From Deltaproteobacteria bacterium (GTDB lineage: Bacteria > Desulfobacterota > GWC2-55-46 > JAJCZF01), in NCBI GenBank assembly GCA_029262535.1, contig JAJCZF010000074.1, positions 78,883 through 142,882 on the forward strand: a stretch of DNA of 64,000 bases, given 5' to 3'. Positions within the stretch are counted from its first letter, which is position 1; each line of letters begins with the position of its first letter. The translations under genes were made by a program, and so were the position numbers. The notes under the pieces were generated by a model, which ran no database searches, was not told the DNA's origin, and saw only the letters and a list, made by a program, of their open reading frames with translations. Of the stretch, positions 46,943-56,368 are shown piece by piece.

Positions 46943-48028
46943 TTGACCAGTAAAGAAGATTTCGACATTCAGGCCATAAAGGACTATGTGCCGGACGCGT
47001 TATGGGATTCCTTTAAGCTGAACCCAGAGCGTTTAGGAGAGCTGCGGGTCCTTGAGGCGAGTATCTATCTCACGCGCGACTGCAACTTGAAGTGCCAGTA
47101 CTGCAAGATCATAAAGACCGAACTGGAAGAAGAGCTCTCTATCGAAAGGTGGATAGAGGCGGTCGATATCCTGGAGTCGCTCGGTATCAGGTTCGTTAAT
47201 ATCGCGGGTGGAGAGCCTACGGTCGTTAAGGGGCTTTCCAGGTTGATAAGCCACCTCGACAAAAATACCACGATGGATTTTTCCGTTGTATCCAATTCGC
47301 TCTTTGGTGATAATATGGCCCGCGAGCTTGCCGAGGCAGGCCTCCGGGCTTATGTGGCGAGCGTGGATGTGCTCGGCGACGACGTTGCTTTGGACGATCT
47401 GAGGAAGTCGAGCGCCGGAATAAAGATGCTCGCAAAACTAAAAGAGCTAGGCGTACCCTACCTCTGCGCTAATATTGTCGTATCGGCCCAAAATATCGAT
47501 AAGGTAATGGATGTGGTAAGGTATCTTAGCGACGAGGGCGTCTGGGTGAATATCTGCCCGATCCTATGGGGCAAGGGCGATAAGTGGGACAAGATCGAGG
47601 CGGCCGACCGGACCTACAGGCTTGGGCCTGAGCACAAGGCGCGCCTTACCGCCTTAAGCAAAGAGATAATAGAGTATAAACGGACCGGCGCGCTCATACT
47701 GCCGACCGAACAGTATATCGAGGCCATGCCGGATTACGGTATTTCGCTTTCATGGAAATGTTTCGACGAAGAAAAGCCCGGCCCGCCGCCGCGCCTTACT
47801 ATAGACGCCGACGGCGCGATGATGACATGTATAAATATGCGCGGCGATCTTTCTGTCAAACACTCTATATTCGATCTAAAAGATAAAGATCTATTTGAAG
47901 AATTTATTTCGGACTGGTGGCGGGACGCAAGCAGCTGTACCGGTTGTTATTGGTCCACTATGGTTATGGCTCAGGAGCGTCAGGAGACGCTCGAACGGCT
48001 TAAGACGGGAAGCTCTGATTTATTCTAG
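46943..48028 (+). CDS. Radical SAM enzyme with C-terminal Cys-rich (SPASM/twitch-like) region
   Basis: CNLKCQYC near the N-terminus, GGEPT and C-terminal CINMRGD...SSCTGCYWS. The final 7 codons and stop codon lie inside MITE copy B. Confidence 0.7.
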   Translation: MTSKEDFDIQAIKDYVPDALWDSFKLNPERLGELRVLEASIYLTRDCNLKCQYCKIIKTELEEELSIERWIEAVDILESLGIRFVNIAGGEPTVVKGLSRLISHLDKNTTMDFSVVSNSLFGDNMARELAEAGLRAYVASVDVLGDDVALDDLRKSSAGIKMLAKLKELGVPYLCANIVVSAQNIDKVMDVVRYLSDEGVWVNICPILWGKGDKWDKIEAADRTYRLGPEHKARLTALSKEIIEYKRTGALILPTEQYIEAMPDYGISLSWKCFDEEKPGPPPRLTIDADGAMMTCINMRGDLSVKHSIFDLKDKDLFEEFISDWWRDASSCTGCYWSTMVMAQERQETLERLKTGSSDLF

Positions 48029-48172
48029 GCGAAGTAGATTGTGATCGAAAATGTTCAGATTCAAGGCGTGAATCGCAAGTAATAGCAAGCTATTGCTAAG
48101 ATTCGCAACGCGGAAGCTAGGCATTTTAGGCGCAAGATACGAGTCTACGAATAGATCAGAGCTTCCCTAAGA
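48006..48172. mobile_element. MITE-like repeat, copy B (inverted relative to copy A at 5893..6070)
   Basis: Both TIRs are present (GGGAAGCTCTGATTTATTC ... GAATAGATCAGAGCTTCCCT). The internal palindrome is TAGCAAGCTATTGCTA. Confidence 0.6.
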
Positions 48173-48188
48173 TGATGGGAGATCATAA

Positions 48189-48995
48189 GTGAATTTAAAG
48201 GGAAAGAACGTCATAATAACTGGCGCCGCTGGCGGCATAGGGCGCAACATGTCGCTCGCGTTCGCTTCAAAGGGCGCAAATATAAGTCTGGTGGACAGGG
48301 CCGAAGCGCAACTTGAGACGGTCCGTAAGGAAGTAGAGGCCAAGGGAGTAAAGGCCGTCGCTATTGCGGCCGACGTAACTGTGGAGGCCGATATAGAGCG
48401 CATAGTAAAGGATACGGAGTCCGGACTCGGCCAGGTCGACGTTCTTGTAAATAACGCGGGCATAATGCCCTTCAAACTCACAGTGGACCACAGCGCGGCG
48501 GAGGTTATGGCGGCGCTTATGGTCAACGTATACGGCCCGATAAGGCTCTCGCAGTCCGTGCTTGTCGGCATGCTCGAACGCGGCTCCGGGCGTATAGTGA
48601 ATATCGGCTCGACCTTCGGTTCTATGGGCTTTCCCTACTTTAGCGTATATTCGGCCACAAAGGGCGCGATGAAGATCTTTACCGAGTCGCTACGCCGCGA
48701 GCTTCACGATGTGAAGGGCGTCGGCGTAACATACGTCGCCCCGCGCGCGGTGAAGTCCTCCCAGCCCGAGATATTTTTCGAGATGGCCAAGAAGATGAAG
48801 ATGAATCTGGACGAGCCCGGCTATGTATCCGATATCGTCGTCTCCGCCGTTGAGAAGGGCGAGTCAGAAGTCTATATCGGTGGTCAGGAAAAGTTCTTCA
48901 TGTTAATCAACAAGCTAAAGCCCTCCATGATCGACGGCGGCCTGAAAAAGCAGGTATCGATCATGAAAGAATACTGCCCAAAAATGTCAAAATAG
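48189..48995 (+). CDS. SDR-family oxidoreductase
   Basis: ITGAAGGIGRNM, NNAGI and YSATKGAMK. Confidence 0.8.
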   Translation: MNLKGKNVIITGAAGGIGRNMSLAFASKGANISLVDRAEAQLETVRKEVEAKGVKAVAIAADVTVEADIERIVKDTESGLGQVDVLVNNAGIMPFKLTVDHSAAEVMAALMVNVYGPIRLSQSVLVGMLERGSGRIVNIGSTFGSMGFPYFSVYSATKGAMKIFTESLRRELHDVKGVGVTYVAPRAVKSSQPEIFFEMAKKMKMNLDEPGYVSDIVVSAVEKGESEVYIGGQEKFFMLINKLKPSMIDGGLKKQVSIMKEYCPKMSK

Positions 48996-49047
48996 GCTTG
49001 AGTTTCTTTGCGTTTTAAGTTATTCTGCAGTGAGGAGGTGAGAATAA

Positions 49048-49589
49048 TGAAACTATCTAGAGCAACAATTCTCTTCTATGCTGATGAATATGACAAAGAA
49101 TTTAAGGGCAAAAAAGAGACAAAGATTGAGGATACTGTTAAGCCAAAGATAAAGAATCAAACCTACTTAACGAGTGAGGATTTAATAGAAATTGCTAAGT
49201 GGAAGTCGCCTAGGTCAGCTTGGCGTTGCGAAGATAATGAATCGGAATTCATTAAAGAAGTTACGAAGATTGCTTTTAAAAGCACTAATGAGCAGGTGAA
49301 AATTGAAGTGTTGCAGTTGTTAAAGGGGGTCCGCTATCCGATGGCTTCCTCTATATTGCATTTTAGATTTCCAAATGAGTACCCTATAATTGATTTTAGA
49401 CTACTTGAAATTTTAGAATTTGTAAAAAAAGAAGAGACAATAAAGTACAATTTTAGCCTTTGGGAAAAATATCGTAAAAGGATTGAAGAGATAAAAGATA
49501 GAACCGGCCTTGACATAAGAACGATAGATAAGGGCTATTGGTGGAAACATAGGGATGCCGGGAAAATGAAAAGAAATAGATGTAATTGA
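49048..49589 (+). CDS. Hypothetical protein (low-GC ORFan, Lys/Glu-rich)
   Basis: Strong RBS GGAGGTGAGAATA before ATG 49048. The surrounding 0.9 kb is markedly more AT-rich than the flanks. No recognisable motif. Confidence 0.5.
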
Positions 49590-49815
49590 CACCACTCAAC
49601 TTCACAAACTCTAGACTTCAAAACCTATGTGGCGCGGCCAAGAAGCTTCCGGCTCATATAAACTTACCCCGTGAAAATAAACACACGACCGTGTGCGACC
49701 GTGCAATTCGGACTTTTCAGATACTTTTGTCCGCTTAGAAGGAACCTTGCGGAATACCAATACAAAATAATAATCCTTTAAAAACAAACCGTTGTAAATT
49801 TCTTCAAAAAAGAGG

Positions 49816-49844
49816 TTGACAAAGCAATAATTGTGGGATAAAAA
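49816..49844 (+). promoter_or_regulatory. Sigma70-like promoter (TTGACA, 17-bp spacer, TAAAAA) for the Rrf2 regulator and cytochrome oxidase operon
   Basis: Exact -35 hexamer, a 17-bp spacer and a 4/6 -10 match, about 30 bp upstream of the Rrf2 start. Confidence 0.3.
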
Positions 49845-49876
49845 AGACTTAAGAGGTCCTTAAAGGGGGGATTCCA

Positions 49877-50326
49877 ATGTTTAAATTAAGCAGAGGCGCT
49901 GAGTATGCGATCCGAGGTCTTTTATATCTATCCGGCCAGCCTACGGGTAAGGTCTCTTATATAGAAGAGATTTCCAACGCACAGCAGATTCCGCGGGCAT
50001 ATCTTGCAAAGATCTTTCAGACCCTTAGTAAAAAGGGCTTTGTTAAATCATACAGAGGCCCGGAGGGTGGTTTCGCGCTTACAAGGGACCCTGCCGAGCT
50101 AACGCTTTTAGAGGCGGTCGAGGCGATGGAGGGTCCTATCCACCTGAACGAGTGCCTGATTCACAGCGGTTACTGCGAGAGGGAGGATATGTGTCCCATA
50201 CACGACGTATGGAATCAGGCGCATGAGAAGCTTATGGAGGTCCTTACGGGCACTACATTTGCCGGGCTTGCAGAGGCCGGTAGAGAGAAGGCGGCAAAGG
50301 CGCGGGATAAACGCGCCGCAAGTTAG
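49877..50326 (+). CDS. Rrf2-family transcriptional regulator with three-Cys cluster (IscR/NsrR-like)
   Basis: The N-terminal wHTH MFKLSRGAEYAIRGLLYL is typical of Rrf2. The C-terminal spacing CLIHSGYCEREDMCPIH suggests an Fe-S ligand set. Confidence 0.8.
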   Translation: MFKLSRGAEYAIRGLLYLSGQPTGKVSYIEEISNAQQIPRAYLAKIFQTLSKKGFVKSYRGPEGGFALTRDPAELTLLEAVEAMEGPIHLNECLIHSGYCEREDMCPIHDVWNQAHEKLMEVLTGTTFAGLAEAGREKAAKARDKRAAS

Positions 50327-50544
50327 CTTTAGACCGTTCCCGGCTGGATTATGGTCGGGGCCGGTGAATTACCTGTAGATGGTTTTAAAATCAATTAATA
50401 CGAAAAACTCATAATAGATAGGCAAAAATACTCTATAGTAGTAGTTTTATTCAGGACAAAAAGGCCTTTAAGTCCTAAATAACTTTGGTGCTTACAGGGC
50501 GTTTGCGTAGTTAGAAAGTCAAAAAAGGAGAGGTGGAGGAAAAT

Positions 50545-51315
50545 ATGGAAGATTCTACAACAGGACATCACGAGCCGGAATGGGAGGTCAGTCCCTGGCC
50601 TCTGGTAGTGAGCGTAGGGGCGCTCTTTATGGTGCCGCTTGCGTTTTCTTTTTATTTTGTATATGACAAGCCGCTTATGGCGATCTTATCGCTCGGTATC
50701 GGCGTTCCGCTCGTTATCGCTTCGGTAGTCGGCTGGACAAAGGGCGGTATCGCGGACATAGCGCATCACGGCAAGGAGCCGGGTTTTGCTACCGGGGCGA
50801 TGCCGTTTTTCATAGTAGCCGAGGCATTTATATTTGTCTCGTTCTTCGCGGCCTACTGGGTCTTGAGGCTCAAGGCGCCGAACTGGCCGCCAGCGGGTAC
50901 GCCGGAATTCGGGGTGACAATCCCTATTATAATGACCATCCTTCTGGTCTCATCAAGCTTTACCATACATTTTAGCGAACACGCCATTGAGCATGGCGAC
51001 AAGGGCGGCTTTCGTAACTGGCTTATTGTCACCATAATACTCGGCGCGATATTCTTTCTCTTATCCGCATTCGAGTGGTCTCATCTGATGCACGGCGGCT
51101 TTACGATGAAGACGAATCTCTTTAGCACATTCTTCTACTCGATAACAGGTTTTCACGGTTCGCATGTTATTGTCGGCCTCATCATCTTTCTCTGCATACT
51201 CGTCTCGGCCTTCTTTGGCAAGGTGAGCAAGACATTCGTAAAGAGCGCAAGTGTCTACTGGCATTTTGTTGATCTCATCTGGTTCTTTGTCGTAACGCAG
51301 ATATACTTCTGGTAG
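50545..51315 (+). CDS. ctaE: Cytochrome c oxidase subunit III
   Basis: FYSITGFHGSHVIVG and YWHFVDLIWFFV signature blocks. 7 TM. Confidence 0.85.
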   Translation: MEDSTTGHHEPEWEVSPWPLVVSVGALFMVPLAFSFYFVYDKPLMAILSLGIGVPLVIASVVGWTKGGIADIAHHGKEPGFATGAMPFFIVAEAFIFVSFFAAYWVLRLKAPNWPPAGTPEFGVTIPIIMTILLVSSSFTIHFSEHAIEHGDKGGFRNWLIVTIILGAIFFLLSAFEWSHLMHGGFTMKTNLFSTFFYSITGFHGSHVIVGLIIFLCILVSAFFGKVSKTFVKSASVYWHFVDLIWFFVVTQIYFW

Positions 51316-51328
51316 ATGAAGGCAGACG

Positions 51329-52168
51329 ATGTCAATTCTTAAAAATACTATAATGGCGTTTGTCATGGTGCTTTTAATGTCGGGTTACGCCCTTGCCGAG
51401 TACGGCAGGGTTCCCGTCAATACGATAGATCCGGCCATTATAGAGATCGACGAGGGCGAGTTTCTTGGCACTGCGCCGGACGGTGCGACCGAGCTTATGG
51501 ATGAAAACGGAGAGATATTCAGGTTAGATTCTCTTTACGGCAAGCCCTTGATATTGCTCTTGTCCTATTACCGTTGCGACGGTGTCTGCCCGGTTGTCGC
51601 CGACGACCTGAAGAGGGCGCTGGAGGGTACGACCGGGACGCTGGCGGGGCTTGGCGGTTTTGAACGCGGCAAGGACTACTCGGTGCTCTCGCTCTCTTTC
51701 GACTCGCTCGATGATATCTCGAAGATTAAGATGTTTAAAAAGCACGCCGGTGTCGGAGACGAGGGTTGGCGTCTGGCGATATTCAAAGACCCGGAAAAGA
51801 TACAGGACTTTACCAGGTCGCTCGGTTATAAATTCTTCTGGTCAGAGAGGGACAGGACATTTATTCATCCGAATGTCCTGGTATTTCTTTCACCCGAGGG
51901 GAGAGTTACCCGTTACCTGTACGGGTCGGCAATGGATTCATCGAATATAAAGATAGCGCTCGCGGAGGCCGGTTTTGGTAAAGAAGGCCGAAGCGCAAAG
52001 CGAGAGCTTTCCGATATATTTTTGATCGCTTGTTACAGCTACAACTATAAGGAAGGTCGTTTCACCCCGAACTACCCGCTCTTTATCGCGTCGGGTTCGC
52101 TCGTCGCCGGTTTTGGATTCACGATCTTTGGCATTGTATATTTTAAAAGAAAAAAACGGAGGAGGTAA
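51329..52168 (+). CDS. SCO1/SenC-family copper chaperone (thioredoxin-like, C-x3-C-P) with C-terminal TM helix
   Basis: Signal/TM N-terminus. LLLSYYRCDGVCPVV. A downstream His is present. Confidence 0.65.
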   Translation: MSILKNTIMAFVMVLLMSGYALAEYGRVPVNTIDPAIIEIDEGEFLGTAPDGATELMDENGEIFRLDSLYGKPLILLLSYYRCDGVCPVVADDLKRALEGTTGTLAGLGGFERGKDYSVLSLSFDSLDDISKIKMFKKHAGVGDEGWRLAIFKDPEKIQDFTRSLGYKFFWSERDRTFIHPNVLVFLSPEGRVTRYLYGSAMDSSNIKIALAEAGFGKEGRSAKRELSDIFLIACYSYNYKEGRFTPNYPLFIASGSLVAGFGFTIFGIVYFKRKKRRR

Positions 52169-52172
52169 GGTA

Positions 52173-52937
52173 ATGTTCGCTAGAATTAGAAACGGATTGG
52201 TGGTCTTTCTGGCTACCCTGCCATTTGCGGCGTCCGGGGCTCTTGCGTCGTTTGGAGTCGAGGAGCCCGAAGTAGAAGGGCACCATCTTTGGGACGTGGA
52301 TGACCCTGTTGACGGATTTCATCACCTTTGGGAAGAGGTGATGATGGATATTATAATAATCGGCGTGATATTCGCCCTTATAACGCTTTATTTTCTCATA
52401 AAGTACAGGAGAAAGCATAACGGCCAGGAAGGCAGACCGCCAAAACTTTCTCGCGCGGCCAAGATGGGCTGGGTGCTTATTCCGGTTGCCATCTTCATGG
52501 CAGACGACCTCTTTCTCGCCGCCGAGGGCTGGACGCTCTGGAAAAAGTACAGAGAGGTTCCTGAAAATAATATTGAGATAGAGCTGGAATCGGCCATGTG
52601 GAGTTTTAACTTTACATATCCGAACGGCATAGAGACCTATAACGAGCTTCGAGTGCCGGCGGGCACTCCTATACTGGTCAGGATGACGAGCCGCGACGTT
52701 GTGCACTCGCTCTATATGCCGGACTTTAAGGTCAAGGAAGACTCCATGCCGGGGCGTATTACCTATCTGTGGTTTCTGCCCAAGAAGGTTGGCGAACACG
52801 TAATGACATGCGCCGAATACTGCGGCGTAATGCACTCGATGATGCACGGCAAGGTTATCGTAATGACGCCGGAGAATTACCAGAGTTGGTACAAGCAGGA
52901 ACAAGCAAAATTGGTTGAAGGAGGTGCCGGCTCATGA
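52173..52937 (+). CDS. ctaC: Cytochrome c oxidase subunit II (CuA)
   Basis: HSLYMPDF and the CuA motif CAEYCGVMHSMM. Two N-terminal TM helices. RBS GGAGGAGG before ATG 52173. Confidence 0.85.
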   Translation: MFARIRNGLVVFLATLPFAASGALASFGVEEPEVEGHHLWDVDDPVDGFHHLWEEVMMDIIIIGVIFALITLYFLIKYRRKHNGQEGRPPKLSRAAKMGWVLIPVAIFMADDLFLAAEGWTLWKKYREVPENNIEIELESAMWSFNFTYPNGIETYNELRVPAGTPILVRMTSRDVVHSLYMPDFKVKEDSMPGRITYLWFLPKKVGEHVMTCAEYCGVMHSMMHGKVIVMTPENYQSWYKQEQAKLVEGGAGS

Positions 52938-54526
52938 GTACGAAAACAGGAAAAGGAAAGGTAATAGCCGAGTGGATATTTACTACCGACCACAAGAGGG
53001 TCGGCATACTCTACCTTATCGGGTCGCTCGCGGCATTTCTCGTGGCCGGGCTTTTGGCCATGGTGATAAGGATGGAGCTATCGGAGGTCGGCCCTCAAGT
53101 AACAGACCCGAATACTTACAACGTGATGCTTTATTTTCATGGTGCGGCGATGATTCTGGGCTTCCAGATTCCGGCCCTTACCGGCTTCTTGGCAAATTAC
53201 CTTATACCGCTCCAGATAGGGGCGAAGGATGTCGCCTTTCCGAGGTTAAACGCTTTAAGCCTCTGGTTATTCTGGATGGGTATCATACTAGCCCTTCTGA
53301 CATTCGTAGTGCCGGACCCGCCGGATATCATGTGGACCGGTTATCCGCCGTACTCGATAATATCGCCGGGTAATACGGCGCTCTACGCATCTACCGTCCT
53401 CTTTATGGGATTCGCGTCGATTGCAGGTGGCGTAAACCTTATAACGACGATCATCTACATGCGCGCTCCGGGCATGACCTGGGGCAAGCTCAATATGTTT
53501 GTATGGACGACGCTTGGGGCCTTTATCATCCAGCTCGTATTCGTACCCGTACTGGGAAGTGCTGTGATAATGCTGACCATGGACAAATACCTTGGGACGC
53601 ACTTCTTTAACCCGGCCTCGGGTGGCGACGTCCTGCTCTACCAGAACCTCTTCTGGTTCTATTCGCATCCGGCTGTTTATGTTATCTTGTTACCGGTTCT
53701 AGGTATCATCTTCGACATAACCGCCACATTTGCGCGAAATCGAATATTTAACTACTGGGCCTGCGTTGTCGGCGGGGTCGGTGGAATTGTCTTAATCAGC
53801 GGAGAGGTCTGGGTACATCACCTCTTCACCTCGGGAATGCCCAACTGGATCAGGGTCGGCATGATGGTCTCGACGCTTCTCATCAGTGTGCCGGTCGGTA
53901 TCATGGTTCTTAGTCTCATCGGAACGCTCTATCGCGGCGCCATTGAGTTTAAGACACCTATGCTTTATGCGGCCGGTTTCATATTCCTCTTCCTTATAGG
54001 AGGACTTACTGGCATACCGCACGCCATCGCCTCTTTGGATCTGGCGCTTTCGGATACGCACTTTGTCGTTGCGCATTTCCATTACGTCATGGCCGTATCG
54101 GGAACCTTTGCCATAGTCGGCGGCGTATACTACCTCTTCCCGAAGTTTACCGGAAAGATGTATCACGAGGGGCTTGGCAAGATCGGTTTTGTCGTTACCT
54201 TTATCGGGGCCAATATAACCTTCTTCTTTATGTTCCTTGTGGGTCTTGGGGGCATGCCGAGGAGGTACTTTGACTACTCTCACATGCCGGAGCTTCAGGA
54301 CCTGCAACAGATAGTCACCTACGGGGCCTTTATACTCGCCGCCGGTCTCTTTATAACTCTTGCCAGCTGGCTGGTAGGTCTCTTTAAGGGTAAGAAGGCC
54401 GAGGACAACCCATGGGGTTCGAGGTCGCTTGAGTGGACTACGAAGTCACCTCCCGGACCGGGCAACTGGGCCGAGGTGCCGGACTGTACGGACTACGACC
54501 CATATGGCTACGGCGAAGACCGTTAA
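52934..54526 (+). CDS. ctaD: Cytochrome c oxidase subunit I (heme-copper oxidase catalytic subunit)
   Basis: 530 aa, 12 TM. WFYSHPAVYV, HHLFT and HFHYV-type His ligand blocks. Confidence 0.9.
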   Translation: MSTKTGKGKVIAEWIFTTDHKRVGILYLIGSLAAFLVAGLLAMVIRMELSEVGPQVTDPNTYNVMLYFHGAAMILGFQIPALTGFLANYLIPLQIGAKDVAFPRLNALSLWLFWMGIILALLTFVVPDPPDIMWTGYPPYSIISPGNTALYASTVLFMGFASIAGGVNLITTIIYMRAPGMTWGKLNMFVWTTLGAFIIQLVFVPVLGSAVIMLTMDKYLGTHFFNPASGGDVLLYQNLFWFYSHPAVYVILLPVLGIIFDITATFARNRIFNYWACVVGGVGGIVLISGEVWVHHLFTSGMPNWIRVGMMVSTLLISVPVGIMVLSLIGTLYRGAIEFKTPMLYAAGFIFLFLIGGLTGIPHAIASLDLALSDTHFVVAHFHYVMAVSGTFAIVGGVYYLFPKFTGKMYHEGLGKIGFVVTFIGANITFFFMFLVGLGGMPRRYFDYSHMPELQDLQQIVTYGAFILAAGLFITLASWLVGLFKGKKAEDNPWGSRSLEWTTKSPPGPGNWAEVPDCTDYDPYGYGEDR

Positions 54527-54554
54527 GGTCCATTTAAGATTGGCGGAGGAGCAG

Positions 54555-55460
54555 ATGCAGAAAAAAGAGGTAAAATTCTGGCCGATACTGGCCCTTACGA
54601 TATTCTTTACATATATCTTAATGGTGATGGGCACCTTTGTAACGTCCACCGGTTCGGGACTGGCATGTCCCGACTGGCCGCTCTGTTACGGCACAGTCGC
54701 CCCGCCGCTTGAGATAAGTATCTGGTTCGAGTGGGGTCACAGGCTGCTCGGAGGGGTGAGCTCCATACTGATACTCGCCTCGACCATTATCGTAGTTAAG
54801 CGTTATAAAGGGCTTCCGAAGGTCATGATGCTTTCGGTCCTTGGGCTCCTGGCTGTCGGTGTCGTAATGGGTGGAGTGACGGTTATCGTTGAGGCTCCAC
54901 TGCTTTCGACATTCTCGCATATAGCCATAATAAGCTCTCATCTTGTTATTGCGACACTCGTTCTTATATGCCTGATATTTACGCTCAGGTATGTTATTAA
55001 TGGTAACGGGGCGGCCAAGGAGGGTTACTTTAAGTTGCTCTTCGGCGTTATCTACCTGCAGGTCATACTCGGCATCGTGGTCCGGTACGCCGGTGCGACA
55101 CTTGCCTGCCCCGACGTGCCGTTTTGTAACGGTTCGCTGGTGCCTGACCTTGGCGATTACATGATCGCGCTGCACTTCATGCATCGCCTGACGGCCCTTA
55201 TCGTGGTGATCGTTGCCGCCGCCTCGCTCTACCGCGCCATTAAGGACGGCAGCCCGGCAAGGGATTTCGCCATAGCTCTTGTTCTTATCTTATTGCAGGC
55301 TACATGGGGCGTCACCATAGTTCTGAGCGGCATGTTCCTACCCTATGTAATACTGCACGCTGCAACCGGTTTCTTGTTGCTCGGATTTGTCGCATATAAG
55401 TCGATGCCCTATCTCTTCAAAATACCCCCGCTCCACGGGGGAGAAGCGGAGCGCATATGA
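54555..55460 (+). CDS. ctaA: Heme A synthase CtaA (COX15 family)
   Basis: GLACPDWPLCYG and a second CPDVPFC repeat. 8 TM. ATG 54555 follows RBS GGCGGAGGAG. The first in-frame start codon is at 54429. Confidence 0.8.
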   Translation: MQKKEVKFWPILALTIFFTYILMVMGTFVTSTGSGLACPDWPLCYGTVAPPLEISIWFEWGHRLLGGVSSILILASTIIVVKRYKGLPKVMMLSVLGLLAVGVVMGGVTVIVEAPLLSTFSHIAIISSHLVIATLVLICLIFTLRYVINGNGAAKEGYFKLLFGVIYLQVILGIVVRYAGATLACPDVPFCNGSLVPDLGDYMIALHFMHRLTALIVVIVAAASLYRAIKDGSPARDFAIALVLILLQATWGVTIVLSGMFLPYVILHAATGFLLLGFVAYKSMPYLFKIPPLHGGEAERI

Positions 55461-56368
55461 AAGTATTTGCCCAAAAGAGCAGAGCTGTCTCGCCCGTACA
55501 AGGGGAAATTCAGTCCGCACTTTCAGATTACGTTACACTCTTTAAGCCGGGTATAGTTTCACTCGTTCTCGTATCAACGCTTACCGGTATCTACCTTGCC
55601 GGACGCGGCGTGGTGGACCTTCCGACCGTCCTGTGGGCGATTGGCGGGGTGGGGCTTGCAACGGCCGGTTCGGCTGCCTTGAATAACTTCTTCGACCGCG
55701 ACATAGATTCGCTCATGAAGAGGACAAGCAAAAGAGGGCTTGTTACAGGCACGATACCGCCGGCTTTTGCGCTCTTTGCCGGTCTCTTTATGGTAATGGG
55801 CGCAATGATGATGCTCTCGATTAATGTTAATATGCTTTCGGCGGCTCTGACCATGGCTTCGGTCCTGATCTATGTCGTGGCCTACGCCATGATACTCAAG
55901 AGAACGAGTCCGCTGGCCAATCAGATAGGCGGCATAGCCGGCGCTCTGCCGCCGGTGATAGGTTACGCGGCTATGACCGGCTCGGTCGGCATTGAGGCCG
56001 TAGCGCTCTTTTTTATCGTCGCTATATGGCAACAGCCGCATGCCCTCTCCCTGGCGCTCAAGTACAAGAACGACTACGCCCGGGCGGGCATACCGGTTAT
56101 ACCGGTTGCATGCGGGGTTCCGGCGACCAAGTGGCGCATACTGCTCTATACGCTGGCCCTGCTTCCGGTCTCGACCATCCCCTATTTTATAGGCATGGCG
56201 GGCCCGATATACCTCGCGCTTGCGATAGTGTCGGGAGTGATATTTATAGGACTCTCTTACAACTTCCTCCGAGCCGAGCGTGAGTCCAATATGTTCTTAT
56301 TTATGTATTCGGTAATTTATTTGACCGTGGTATTTCTCGCCATGGTTATGGACTTGATAATACTGTAG
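55457..56368 (+). CDS. ctaB: Protoheme IX farnesyltransferase (heme O synthase) CtaB/CyoE
   Basis: UbiA-family NNFFDRDID motif. 8-9 TM. Confidence 0.85.
   Translation: MKVFAQKSRAVSPVQGEIQSALSDYVTLFKPGIVSLVLVSTLTGIYLAGRGVVDLPTVLWAIGGVGLATAGSAALNNFFDRDIDSLMKRTSKRGLVTGTIPPAFALFAGLFMVMGAMMMLSINVNMLSAALTMASVLIYVVAYAMILKRTSPLANQIGGIAGALPPVIGYAAMTGSVGIEAVALFFIVAIWQQPHALSLALKYKNDYARAGIPVIPVACGVPATKWRILLYTLALLPVSTIPYFIGMAGPIYLALAIVSGVIFIGLSYNFLRAERESNMFLFMYSVIYLTVVFLAMVMDLIIL

Noticed and set aside
54618-55184. 188-aa minus-strand ORF rich in His/Arg inside ctaA
   Set aside because: It is antisense to heme A synthase and its composition reflects reverse-frame GC bias.
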